Source of the DNA: Methylococcales bacterium
GTDB lineage: Bacteria; Pseudomonadota; Gammaproteobacteria; JABHGC01
Assembly (NCBI GenBank): GCA_018672285.1
Contig: JABHGC010000183.1
Span: 133 to 64,132 of the forward strand
Direction: 5' to 3'
Length of the DNA stretch: 64,000 nucleotides
Position numbers and translations under genes: made by a program. Position 1 is the stretch's first letter, and each line of letters opens with the position of its first letter. Positions 41,843 through 52,234 of this stretch are shown one piece after another. The notes below the pieces were generated by a model. That model saw nothing but the letters and a program-made list of their open reading frames with translations. It had not been told where the DNA came from and made no database searches.

Positions 41843-44800
41843 TCACTGCCAAAAAGTCTCTCGGATATCATCAACAATCAAATACAAACAAGGCAAAACC
41901 AATAAAATCAATAACGTCGCAAATAATAACCCAAACCCTAAGCTCACTGCCATCGGTGCTAAAAATGCCGTTTGCCCAGTCGAGAAAAAGATTAATGGCG
42001 AGACCCCTAAAAAGGTCGTAATACTGGTCAACATGATTGGCCTAATCCGCATTTTACCGGCTAAGATCATCGCCTCCAACCGATCCACACCATTGGCGCG
42101 TTCCCGCTTAGCAAACTCAACCAAAATCAAAGAGTCATTCACCACGACACCCGTTAATGCCAAAAAACCAATCAAGGACAAAAACTGTAAATTCAGCCCT
42201 AAAATCGCATGACCAATAACCACGCCAATAAAACCAAACGGAATCGCAAACATCACCACAAAAGGGTCTAACAGTGATTTAAACAAGGCGCTTAGAATAA
42301 AAAAGATCACCACAATCGCAATCAGCAGCGCATTCAACATGCCACTAATAGACTCAGCAGACTCTTTCTTCTCACCAAGATACAACAGCTCGTAACCAGG
42401 GTGGCTTGCTTTATAATCTCCCATCAACTGCTGAAATTGCTTAATGACCTCATTGGACGTGGTGGACTGATCATCCACGCTCGCTGTGATGGTGGCCAAA
42501 CGAATCCCATCCCGGTGATTAATGGCACTGTAACCACGCGTTAGCTCAATATCGGCCACATCACCCAAATAAACAACGCGTCCATCGTTTAAAGTGATGG
42601 GGATTTGCTTAAAACGGCCAGATTGATGACGGATTTTTTCGTCAAAAATCAAACGTACCGGAATTCGCTGATCCGCATAATTCACCTGCAACACTTCGTT
42701 ACCTAAGAAACCACTGCGAATCACTTGGGCGATATCTGTTTGCGTAATGCCCAGCGATTCACCTAAAGCATTAATCTGATATTGGTACTCCAATTTACCC
42801 GGGTCCATATCCTGTTGAATATCTTGTGTCCCTGGTATTTGCCGAATGACCTCAGCCAGCTCAATCGCATATTCTCGTAACACGGTTGCATCTGTACCCA
42901 AAATACCAATTTCAATATCGGAACCCGCAGGCCCACCTTGTGGCCGTAAGATGGTCAAACGTTGAATGTTGGGGATTTGGGCAAAGCGATCACGGATCGC
43001 ATTCATGACTTCAAGCGTGGTTCGATCTCGCTTCCCTGGCTCATCAAAATTCAGTGACACAACCGGCGACACATAATTTTCAATAAAACCTTCTGGCTTC
43101 CGTTTCTTTAAATCGACAATCAGTTGTACATAATTGCTACCGACTTTAAACCGATGAAAATCGACAAAAGTCACCCCCACGTTGGTTAACAATGACTTCA
43201 GCTCAGTATCCCCGTCCAAGACCTCACTCACCGCATTTTCCAGCTCGATTCCCAACTTCTGTGTATCATTCAAGCTAAAGGTATTAGGGGCTTCAACGTT
43301 AAGAAAAAACTGGCCAATTTCCACTTTGCCAAACAACAAAAACGGTAATCGTGTTTGGGCATACACTAAGGTCACGATCAATACACCAATACTCAAAATG
43401 GTGACAAAATATCGATTAACCAAAGACCAACGCAAACTTTGCAAATAACCTTCTAACAACGTCTTCCAACGTCGGTGTTTAGGCTTTTTACTTAAACGCA
43501 TCATCTCTGCTGCATGTGACGGTAGCACGGCAAAAGCCTCAAAATATGAGCCGATTAATGCGGCACTCACAACCACAGGAATGACGACAATAAATGCGCC
43601 CATGGTCCCGGTAATGGCAAACATGGGGGCAAAAGCAGCGATACTCGTCGCGGTAGAGGCCACCACTGGCCAAAACACCTCTTTTGCGCCTCGCTCAGCT
43701 GCCTCTGTGGGAGACAGCCCATTTTCGATATGTCGATAGATGTTCTCCGTCACAATAATGGAGTCATCAACAATCAAACCAAGGCACAACAAGAAGGCAA
43801 AGAGCGACACCATATTAATGGAGTAACCCAAATGATGCAGAACAATAATGGCAAATAAAATAGAAACAGGGATGCCTAACGCGGTAATCGCCGCCACCCT
43901 AAAGTTTAAAAATACATACAATGATAACAAGACAAAAATAAGGCCAATAATGCCCGATGACTTCACTGTATTTAAACGAACTTTGACGTACTCAGATAAA
44001 TCACTGTGCATCCCAACATTGACATCACCAGGCAAGGTTGGCTGTAACTCGGCAATAAATGCCTGTACTTTTTCGGCCACCACAATTGAAGATGCATCCG
44101 CTGTTTTTGAGACCGTTAGGTTAACTGCGCGCCCCCCGTTATAGCGGCCAATCGTTGTCGCCTCTTCTAACTTTAAAGACACAGTAGCAAGGCTACCTAT
44201 ACGTAACCGACCACCTTTCGCGTTGGTTTTTATGACGAGTGCTTTAACCTGCTCAGGCTCTGGTGCAATACCACGCCCTCGCAACAGAATATCACCTTCT
44301 AACCCTTTTAAAGAACCGCCCGGTAAATCAGCCAAACCCGTTCTCAGTGCCGTACTAATTTGATCTAAAGAAACCCCTGAGGCAGCCAACAAAAAAGGAT
44401 CAACCTCAACCCATAATTCCCAATCTTGAATACCTGCTGTGCCCACATTGCCAACACCAGGTAATTTTAATAGCTCCCGCTTAGTCTCTTCAGCAAGATC
44501 AAACAACATGCCGGGTGCAACATCACCGTAAACACTGACACTGATCACAGGGAACCGGGTCTTTAATCGGCTGACCTTAGAATCTTCAGCCTCTTCAGGA
44601 AAATCTTTAATTTGATCAATGGCCGATTCAACTTCACGAAAAATATCATCCACGTCAGCTTCAGATTTTAACTTAAGGGTCACTTGCGACACCCCTTCAT
44701 TACTCACTGACGTTATTGCATCAATGTCTTGAAGCGTTTCCAACGCTTCTTCTAATGGCAGGGTAACCTGCAACTCAACTTCTTCAGGGGAGGCACCTTC

Positions 44801-44953
44801 AAAAATAGTTGTCACTTGAATTTTATCCAACGCGACCACAGGAAACATTTCTTGAGGCATCGCTTTCCAGGTGCCATATCCGACAATCACCACCAAGATC
44901 ATCAATAAATTGGTTAGCAGCGGATTCTTGATTGAGAAATGAATTAAAAACAT
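41843..44953 (-). CDS. RND-family efflux transporter permease
   Basis: 1036 aa, two TM halves, LIVDDSIIVTENI, RIRPIMLTSITT. Confidence 0.95.
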   Translation of the reverse strand: MFLIHFSIKNPLLTNLLMILVVIVGYGTWKAMPQEMFPVVALDKIQVTTIFEGASPEEVELQVTLPLEEALETLQDIDAITSVSNEGVSQVTLKLKSEADVDDIFREVESAIDQIKDFPEEAEDSKVSRLKTRFPVISVSVYGDVAPGMLFDLAEETKRELLKLPGVGNVGTAGIQDWELWVEVDPFLLAASGVSLDQISTALRTGLADLPGGSLKGLEGDILLRGRGIAPEPEQVKALVIKTNAKGGRLRIGSLATVSLKLEEATTIGRYNGGRAVNLTVSKTADASSIVVAEKVQAFIAELQPTLPGDVNVGMHSDLSEYVKVRLNTVKSSGIIGLIFVLLSLYVFLNFRVAAITALGIPVSILFAIIVLHHLGYSINMVSLFAFLLCLGLIVDDSIIVTENIYRHIENGLSPTEAAERGAKEVFWPVVASTATSIAAFAPMFAITGTMGAFIVVIPVVVSAALIGSYFEAFAVLPSHAAEMMRLSKKPKHRRWKTLLEGYLQSLRWSLVNRYFVTILSIGVLIVTLVYAQTRLPFLLFGKVEIGQFFLNVEAPNTFSLNDTQKLGIELENAVSEVLDGDTELKSLLTNVGVTFVDFHRFKVGSNYVQLIVDLKKRKPEGFIENYVSPVVSLNFDEPGKRDRTTLEVMNAIRDRFAQIPNIQRLTILRPQGGPAGSDIEIGILGTDATVLREYAIELAEVIRQIPGTQDIQQDMDPGKLEYQYQINALGESLGITQTDIAQVIRSGFLGNEVLQVNYADQRIPVRLIFDEKIRHQSGRFKQIPITLNDGRVVYLGDVADIELTRGYSAINHRDGIRLATITASVDDQSTTSNEVIKQFQQLMGDYKASHPGYELLYLGEKKESAESISGMLNALLIAIVVIFFILSALFKSLLDPFVVMFAIPFGFIGVVIGHAILGLNLQFLSLIGFLALTGVVVNDSLILVEFAKRERANGVDRLEAMILAGKMRIRPIMLTSITTFLGVSPLIFFSTGQTAFLAPMAVSLGFGLLFATLLILLVLPCLYLIVDDIRETFWQ

Positions 44954-46134
44954 CAGTGCGCCTCAATCGCTGAGGTTTGCAAAACGGCTCTTTGGTTATC
45001 AGACAAACGTTCTAAATTACCCGAAATCACTTGCTCGCCCGCTTTAAGGCCTAACACAATTTCCTGCCAAGCACCTTGGCGAATACCCAGTTGCACTTCC
45101 TGGCGGTGTACTTTGCCATCACCATAAGTAAAGACAAAGTGATCACCAAAACGACTTTGGACAGCACCAGGCGGCACCACTAACATTTCTCTTTCTTGTA
45201 GAAGCAATTCCACTTTAGCGACAGAACCTGGCAAAAATTTTGCTCCTGGAATACGTATTTTCACAGGATAAGTATGAGTGTCTTCTTTAGCCGCCATCTG
45301 TAGAGAATAAAGGTAACCCTGCAACGTCTCGCCTAAAACGTGTACCTCAACTGGTTGGCCAACCTTGAGCTGACTCGCGACCATTTGGCTCACTTCTATG
45401 CGTAAATCCAATGCAGAAATATCAATTAACTCTACTGCGACGGTATTCGCGGTGACGTAATCTCCAACGTCAGCATGAATAATATTCACAACACCATCAT
45501 AAGGTGCGATCAATTGTGTTCGTTCTGCATTTCGTTGCGCCCGAGACACAGCTGACTGCTTTAATGAGATCCTTTGAGCTGCCGTATCACTTTTTTGTTG
45601 TAATAACGCCTGATCTTTTTCTAAAGAGATGAGCTTTTGCTTGGCTTCGTCCACTGACGTTCTAGAGGCCATTGCGCTTTTCTTTAGGCGAACTAACCGC
45701 TCAACTTCAGCCGCCTGTAAGGCAGAATGCTGCTTAGCCAGTTTCAGCAGAACCCTATCCTTCGCTATTTCGGTATATTCTAATTTGATTTGAGATTTCG
45801 CATCGACTAAGTTATCATCAACATCGTAGCTATCAAGCATAAGCAGAGTATCGCCTTGCTTGACAGACTGACCAGGTTTAATCTTTTTAGTGTTTATTTT
45901 ACCGGCCAATTCAAAGCTAAGCTTGGCCACTCTCGCAGGCTGCAAACGCCCTGTAATTGGCGCTGTCACTCGAATGACTTGCTCCATCGCTAAAAAAACT
46001 TGGACCTGAATCGGTGGCTTTGGTTGCAGGACTAGCTCAGATTTCTCTTGAGTTTTTACCAAAAATGCTACAATTAGCGTAAGAACAACAATGACAATAA
46101 TCGTATACCGTTTTGGAATGGATGGGGTAGGCAT
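44953..46134 (-). CDS. RND periplasmic adaptor (membrane fusion protein)
   Basis: N-terminal anchor, lipoyl halves (GQSVKQGDTL; APYDGVV), helical hairpin. Confidence 0.93.
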   Translation of the reverse strand: MPTPSIPKRYTIIVIVVLTLIVAFLVKTQEKSELVLQPKPPIQVQVFLAMEQVIRVTAPITGRLQPARVAKLSFELAGKINTKKIKPGQSVKQGDTLLMLDSYDVDDNLVDAKSQIKLEYTEIAKDRVLLKLAKQHSALQAAEVERLVRLKKSAMASRTSVDEAKQKLISLEKDQALLQQKSDTAAQRISLKQSAVSRAQRNAERTQLIAPYDGVVNIIHADVGDYVTANTVAVELIDISALDLRIEVSQMVASQLKVGQPVEVHVLGETLQGYLYSLQMAAKEDTHTYPVKIRIPGAKFLPGSVAKVELLLQEREMLVVPPGAVQSRFGDHFVFTYGDGKVHRQEVQLGIRQGAWQEIVLGLKAGEQVISGNLERLSDNQRAVLQTSAIEAH

Positions 46135-46276
46135 AAAAACTTATCTCGAAAAGTAGGGGCGAAAGGTCTTTTTCTGGCATGACCTAACTCGTGTATCAGC
46201 ATATCAATAACATGCTTTTTGACACAAGCGCCACCCATATTAATAGCCAAACCATAATGGAACAGGGGTGTAGTAC

Positions 46277-48766
46277 GTGGCGAACAATAAAAAAAGATTA
46301 CCAAGAATCATTACAGGGATTCTTCTGACAACAGCAGCAGCTGATGTTTATGCAGCAACTAGCCCATGGGACTGTCGCCCAAGCGCTGATGGTTCCGGAT
46401 GGAGTTGTGCTCAAGATGGTGGGGAGTATGAAGCCCCAATTAAGCCTGCCACCCCTAAAGCGATCCCCCAGTCATTAACCTCAGAGCAGCCAAGCAGCAC
46501 GGATGCGGTAGCAGACGACGGTTTGGCTTACGAGAATGTGCCGAAATCCATGCGCTGGATCAACCCTGAGTTTTTAGCCAACGATAAAATCTGGAACCAT
46601 TGCTCCACCCAAGAATACAACAAGCCCTACGTTCTCCCAATAAACAAACCGAACAGAGCAAATGCGAAAGTTGGCATCGTCTCAGACCATGTTGAAATGG
46701 ACAAAAACGATGGCATTACCCATTTTGTAGGTAACGTTGCCATCACTCGGGCTGACCAAAGAATCCAAGGTAGCCGCATCTCCTACGACAACCAAGAGAA
46801 TTCAGTCTCTGTTGTTGGTGATGTGACCTATAAAGAAAGTGGCTTACTGTTCACCAATGGTAAAGAAGCCTTTTTCAACTTAGACAACAATACCGGCAGC
46901 ATGGACGAAGTCAGTTACACCCTCGACTCTGTTCCTGCTCGAGGCGCAGCAAGCCATGTTGAAGTTGAAAACCAAGACATTACCCACTTCACCAACCTAA
47001 ATTACACATCTTGCAGACCTGGCAACCAAGATTGGCAACTAGATGCAGAAGCACTCACCCTTAACAAAGACACCGGCGTTGGTGAAGCAAGACATGCCAC
47101 CTTACGCTTTTTAGGGCTGCCAATTTTCTACTCTCCTTACTACAGTTTCCCACTGGATGAACGCCGTAAATCGGGTTTCTTAGCGCCGATTGTGGGTAAC
47201 TCTGATGACAATGGTTTTGACTTAAGCGCCCCCTTCTACTGGGACATCGCTGCAAACTTAGATGCAACCATTACCCCAAGAATTTTATCGAAACGTGGTG
47301 TACAACTTGCCGGTGAATTCCGTTATTTGCTGCCAGAGCACAATGGTCGAGTCTATGCTGACTTCCTTCCTGGTGATGACTTAACCGATTCCAATCGGGG
47401 CCAATTTAGCTTGCAACACAGCACCTCATTCTCAGAAAATTTAAGCGGCAGACTTGATTTAAATTACGTGTCTGATGAAGAGTTCTTTGAAGATTTTGGT
47501 GGTTCAGTCGCGTTTGATAGTATTTCAAGCGTACAGCGACTTGCAGAATTATCTTACCAAGATGAATACTCTACAGCCCTTGCCCGTGTGCAATATTTCC
47601 AAACTGTCGATGACACCATCAACAAAGCCGACCGCCCTTTTCAGCGTCTACCACAAGTACAATACAACTATGAGCGTGGTGACCGTCAGCTTGGTTTAAC
47701 CCATCACTTAAACAGTGAAGTGGTCTACTTTGATCACAGCAGCAACCAACGTGAATCAGGCGCCCGTGTTGACCTACAACCTGGTCTGAGTTTACCAATA
47801 TCAACCTTAGGTTGGTTTGTCACACCAAGATTAGATGTCCGCCATACCTATTACGACTTAGATTCAAAAGGCGCACTAAACGACGACAACTTTACTCGAA
47901 CATTGCCCATTTTCAGTGTTGATAGTGGCCTATTCTTCGAAAAAGAAACCAGCTTCTTTGGCACCGACTACATGCAAACACTAGAACCTCGGTTGTTCTA
48001 CTTATATGTACCAAATGAAAACCAAGACGACTTCCCAAATTTTGATACCACTGAATTTGATTTTTCATTCTCACAAATGTTCAGAACCAATCGGTTTAAC
48101 AGTGCAGATCGTCAAGGGGATGCCAATCAAGTCACTTATGCATTAACCTCGCGCTTACTAGACGACGACAATGGCCGTGAAGTAGTTACTGCCAGTATTG
48201 GCCAGATCATCTTCTTTGAAGATCGTGAAGTCACCTTAGGTGGTGTACAACTTGATGACGACAAAGATCCAACATCCCCCATCATCGCAGAATTAGGATG
48301 GAACATTACTCGAGCCTTTAGCACTGGCTATACTGTTCAGTTTGATCCACATGAAGAATTTACCTCTCGAAATGAATTCCGCGTACGCTATCATCCAGAC
48401 CAAAGTCATTTGATCAACTTTGACTACCGCCAGCGACGTGGTATTCTCGAAGAGACAGATATTTCGTTTCGATGGAAACTCCTACCACAATGGCATGTCC
48501 TAGGTAGAAATCAGTATTCATTAAGAGACAACCATGTAATTGAATCATTTGCAGGTCTTGAATACGAAAGCTGCTGTTGGGTTGGTCGAGTACTAGTCCA
48601 GCACTCTGTAAACGATGTTGAAGACATAGATAACAATGGTGACCACGACGCAGATACCGCCATTTTCTTCCAGTTAGAACTGAAAGGATTTGCCAGCATA
48701 GGCGACAAAATTACTGATCGTATTCAACAAGGGATCATTAACTACAATTCATTCCAAGACAAATGA
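46277..48766 (+). CDS. lptD: LPS assembly protein LptD
   Basis: YTSCRPG, KSGFLAP, FRTNRFNSADRQGDANQ, YESCCW. Confidence 0.96.
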   Translation: MANNKKRLPRIITGILLTTAAADVYAATSPWDCRPSADGSGWSCAQDGGEYEAPIKPATPKAIPQSLTSEQPSSTDAVADDGLAYENVPKSMRWINPEFLANDKIWNHCSTQEYNKPYVLPINKPNRANAKVGIVSDHVEMDKNDGITHFVGNVAITRADQRIQGSRISYDNQENSVSVVGDVTYKESGLLFTNGKEAFFNLDNNTGSMDEVSYTLDSVPARGAASHVEVENQDITHFTNLNYTSCRPGNQDWQLDAEALTLNKDTGVGEARHATLRFLGLPIFYSPYYSFPLDERRKSGFLAPIVGNSDDNGFDLSAPFYWDIAANLDATITPRILSKRGVQLAGEFRYLLPEHNGRVYADFLPGDDLTDSNRGQFSLQHSTSFSENLSGRLDLNYVSDEEFFEDFGGSVAFDSISSVQRLAELSYQDEYSTALARVQYFQTVDDTINKADRPFQRLPQVQYNYERGDRQLGLTHHLNSEVVYFDHSSNQRESGARVDLQPGLSLPISTLGWFVTPRLDVRHTYYDLDSKGALNDDNFTRTLPIFSVDSGLFFEKETSFFGTDYMQTLEPRLFYLYVPNENQDDFPNFDTTEFDFSFSQMFRTNRFNSADRQGDANQVTYALTSRLLDDDNGREVVTASIGQIIFFEDREVTLGGVQLDDDKDPTSPIIAELGWNITRAFSTGYTVQFDPHEEFTSRNEFRVRYHPDQSHLINFDYRQRRGILEETDISFRWKLLPQWHVLGRNQYSLRDNHVIESFAGLEYESCCWVGRVLVQHSVNDVEDIDNNGDHDADTAIFFQLELKGFASIGDKITDRIQQGIINYNSFQDK

Positions 48767-50067
48767 CACGATTATTAATTAAAGCAGTCTCTTTCGCCGC
48801 CCTAATAAGCTGCTCACTGATTTCTCCAGTGAGCTTTGCAGACATCGAAGAAATCGATGAGATCATCGCCATTGTCAATGACGATGTGATCATGCGTAGT
48901 GAGATGGACGCAAAAACCCGAGAAGTCATCCGTAATCTACAAAAGAAAGGGGCCTCTGTTCCACCCCAAGGCCTTTTGCAAAAACAAGTTTTAGACCGCC
49001 TTATTCTCAACCGTTTACAACTTGAGGTTGCTGAACGTGCAGGAATTCATGTCGATAACAGCACCATCAACCGATATATCCAACGGCTTGCTAAAAACTC
49101 TGGTATTTCAGTCGAAAAATTCCAAACTATTTTAGAGCGGGACGGCTATAACTTTGCAGCCTTCAGAGAAAATTTACGCAAAGAAATCACCATTCGCCAA
49201 GTACAAAATCGCCAATTAGCCAGCCGCTTGAAGGTTTCAGACCGTGAAGTGAAACGATACTTAGCCAAACAAGCAGTCTCTGGTGGGCGTTCAGCATTTC
49301 ATCTAGCCCATATCTACATCGCTTCCCCAGAAGCAGCATCCCCTGATGAACTGAATACACTCGAACTGAAAGCCAATGGCATATTAGCAGAGCTTCGCAA
49401 AGGCACAGATTTTTCTGAGCTGGCCATTGCCTACTCTAACTCACCTCAAGCACTTGAAGGTGGTGACTTAGGATGGAGAGCGGCTGAACAAGTGCCGAGT
49501 TTATTCGTAGACGCTGCCAGCAAGTTAGAACGTGATGAAGTCAGCGAAGTACTCAAAGCACCTAGTGGTTTTCATATCATCAAAATGCTTGACTACAAAG
49601 GCGAAACCAAACACGTCGTTTCTCAAATCAAAGCACAGCATATTTTAATTAAAACCAATGACTTAGTCTCTGATGATGATGCCATTACCCGGTTAGAACA
49701 ACTTCGTGAGCGGATCATCACTGGCAAGGAAGATTTTGCGTCACTAGCCCAAGTCCACTCGGATGATAAGGCCACCTCAACAAAAGGCGGTGACTTAGGG
49801 TGGGTAGGCCCTGGAGAACTTGTGCCTGCTTTTGAAAAAGAATTAAAAGCATTAAAAGATGGCGAAGTCAGTGATATTTTCCGAACCCCTTTCGGCTGGC
49901 ACGTACTACAAGTCTTAGGCCGTAGAGATCATGACAGTACTGATGAAGTTCGTCTATCTCAAGCCAAAGTCGCACTGAAGAAAGCCAAACTTGAACGGGA
50001 GAAGCTCTTATTTCTAAGGCGGTTGCGAGACGAGGCCTACGTTGAATATCAAGTCGACAAATACTAA
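48763..50067 (+). CDS. surA: Periplasmic chaperone SurA
   Basis: IAIVNDDVI, two parvulin domains (GGDLGW twice), LRDEAYVE. Confidence 0.97.
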   Translation: MTRLLIKAVSFAALISCSLISPVSFADIEEIDEIIAIVNDDVIMRSEMDAKTREVIRNLQKKGASVPPQGLLQKQVLDRLILNRLQLEVAERAGIHVDNSTINRYIQRLAKNSGISVEKFQTILERDGYNFAAFRENLRKEITIRQVQNRQLASRLKVSDREVKRYLAKQAVSGGRSAFHLAHIYIASPEAASPDELNTLELKANGILAELRKGTDFSELAIAYSNSPQALEGGDLGWRAAEQVPSLFVDAASKLERDEVSEVLKAPSGFHIIKMLDYKGETKHVVSQIKAQHILIKTNDLVSDDDAITRLEQLRERIITGKEDFASLAQVHSDDKATSTKGGDLGWVGPGELVPAFEKELKALKDGEVSDIFRTPFGWHVLQVLGRRDHDSTDEVRLSQAKVALKKAKLEREKLLFLRRLRDEAYVEYQVDKY

Positions 50068-50119
50068 GCCTCACTCTATACTCACCTCACAAACTTCCTT
50101 TTTGTTGTAAAGGCTAAAC

Positions 50120-50455
50120 ATGACTACACTAGACCTCGCTGTATTTGAGGAGCTCAAAGACCTCATGGATGGGGATATGAGCGACATCCTTGAAATGTAT
50201 GAAGTTGACTCTGCCGAGCAAATCGATGGACTCAAAACCTCCATCAGTGGTGATGATCTCACCAGCACGATAGCCATTGCCCACACACTTAAATCTAGCT
50301 CAGCTAACTTAGGTGCCATGGATTTAGCCAAACTGTGTAAAAAAATGGAGCACGATGGCCGTGAAAACACACTAAGCAACCCTGCTGAATTACTAGAAAA
50401 AATTATTGCTGAACTCGCCCGTGTTCAGACCGAACTCACCACTAACAACAGTTAA
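50120..50455 (+). CDS. Stand-alone Hpt phosphotransfer protein
   Basis: AHTLKSSSANLGA with the phospho-His in a four-helix context. Confidence 0.9.
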   Translation: MTTLDLAVFEELKDLMDGDMSDILEMYEVDSAEQIDGLKTSISGDDLTSTIAIAHTLKSSSANLGAMDLAKLCKKMEHDGRENTLSNPAELLEKIIAELARVQTELTTNNS

Positions 50456-50460
50456 TATTC

Positions 50461-51465
50461 ATGATTCCACGTATAGCCATCACACCAGGTGATTTAGCTG
50501 GTGTCGGCCCAGACTTGTGCCTTAAAATGGCGCAACAATCTAGCCCAGCCCAATGGGTTGCCTATGCCGACATCAACGCGTTAAAAGCCAGAGCAGAATA
50601 TTTAAATATCGATCTTTCTTGGCACATTTTTGAACCCGAATCACCCCCTGTTGCCCACCAAGCGGGGTGCATACTCGTTCACCCGGTCAAAAATACTGAA
50701 GCCACCACACTGGGAAAACCCAATACCAAACACGCACCCTATTTAATCGACAGCTTAATCCAAGCCGTTAACGCCTGCCAAAATGGGATATGTGATGCTC
50801 TATTAACTGGCCCTGTGAGCAAAGGCGTTATCAATGATGGTGGCATTCCCTTCACCGGTCACACAGAATTTATAGCCGAGTTAACTCAAGCACACCCGGT
50901 CATGATGCTTGCATCAAAAGCCTTAAGAGTGGCCTTAGTCACCACCCATTTACCTTTATCTAAAGTCAGTGAAGCCATTACCGAAGCCCGCATTAGCAAA
51001 GTCATACGTATTCTTCACCAAGATTTAAAAACACGCTTTGGCTGCACAAAACCCAACATCTTAGTCACTGGGTTAAACCCCCATGCCGGAGAAGACGGGC
51101 ACTTAGGTATGGAAGAAATTGAGACCATTATTCCCACCCTGAAAAAATTACAACAAGAAGGTATCCAGTGCGAAGGCCCCTACCCTGCTGACACTATTTT
51201 CTTACCAAAATATTTAGACAAAGCCGATGCTGTGCTCGCGATGTACCATGACCAAGGTTTACCTGTACTCAAATATTCAGGCTTTCACGAAGCCATTAAT
51301 ATTACCTTAGGCTTACCAATTATTCGCACCTCAGTAGACCATGGCACTGCATTTGATATTGCCGGTACTGACCAAGTCGATATGGGTAGCATGTTAATGG
51401 CTTATGAAACTGCAGTGATGTTAGCGCTCAATAATCTGCAACAAGAGAATCAGAATGGCGCATAA
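50461..51465 (+). CDS. pdxA: 4-hydroxythreonine-4-phosphate dehydrogenase
   Basis: FTGHTEF, GLNPHAGE, AMYHDQGL, IRTSVDHGTA. Confidence 0.97.
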   Translation: MIPRIAITPGDLAGVGPDLCLKMAQQSSPAQWVAYADINALKARAEYLNIDLSWHIFEPESPPVAHQAGCILVHPVKNTEATTLGKPNTKHAPYLIDSLIQAVNACQNGICDALLTGPVSKGVINDGGIPFTGHTEFIAELTQAHPVMMLASKALRVALVTTHLPLSKVSEAITEARISKVIRILHQDLKTRFGCTKPNILVTGLNPHAGEDGHLGMEEIETIIPTLKKLQQEGIQCEGPYPADTIFLPKYLDKADAVLAMYHDQGLPVLKYSGFHEAINITLGLPIIRTSVDHGTAFDIAGTDQVDMGSMLMAYETAVMLALNNLQQENQNGA

Positions 51466-52234
51466 AGCACGTAAACGATTTGGCCAAAATTTCCTACAAG
51501 ATCAATATTACCAATTCCAAATTGCAGACTCATTACAATTACAACAACCAGACCACTGGGTTGAAATTGGCCCAGGGCAAGGCGCGATTACTGACCACAT
51601 TGCAGGCCAGTGTGACCTGCTTGAACTCATCGAGTTAGACCGAGATTTAGTCGCCATGCTAGAAAAACGTTACTATGGTAACGACAGCATTAAGATTTAT
51701 AGCCAAGATGCACTGAGTGTTGATTTTTGCGCCTTAGTCAAAACTAATCCTGTACGCTTAGTTGGCAACCTGCCATACAACATCTCAACACCACTGATTT
51801 TTCACTTTCTAAAACAGCGGGAATGCATTCAAGACGCCCACTTTCTGCTGCAAAAAGAAGTGGTCGACCGAATGGTTGCTGTACCTGGTGAAAAAGCTTA
51901 CGGCAAGTTATCGGTCATGATTCAACAAGCTTTCCAAGTACTCTCACTCTTTGACATACCGCCTGAAGCATTTCACCCTGCGCCCAAAGTACAATCTAGT
52001 TTTGTCAGGCTCACCCCTCATTTAAGCCCAATTGTTGATGTTGATGACCAAGCGGTTTTTGCCGATTTGGTTAAAATGGCGTTTGTACAAAAACGTAAAA
52101 CACTACACAACAACTTAAAAACCATCATCTCTGATGACGCCTTGAAATCCATTGATATCAACCCGAGTTGCCGAGCAGAAACCCTCACACTAGAACAATT
52201 TGCAGCCATTTCAAACTTACTTGGCAAACAATGA
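51455..52234 (+). CDS. rsmA: 16S rRNA dimethyltransferase KsgA
   Basis: ARKRFGQNFL, EIGPGQG, GNLPYNIST, PAPKVQS. Confidence 0.97.
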   Translation: MAHKARKRFGQNFLQDQYYQFQIADSLQLQQPDHWVEIGPGQGAITDHIAGQCDLLELIELDRDLVAMLEKRYYGNDSIKIYSQDALSVDFCALVKTNPVRLVGNLPYNISTPLIFHFLKQRECIQDAHFLLQKEVVDRMVAVPGEKAYGKLSVMIQQAFQVLSLFDIPPEAFHPAPKVQSSFVRLTPHLSPIVDVDDQAVFADLVKMAFVQKRKTLHNNLKTIISDDALKSIDINPSCRAETLTLEQFAAISNLLGKQ

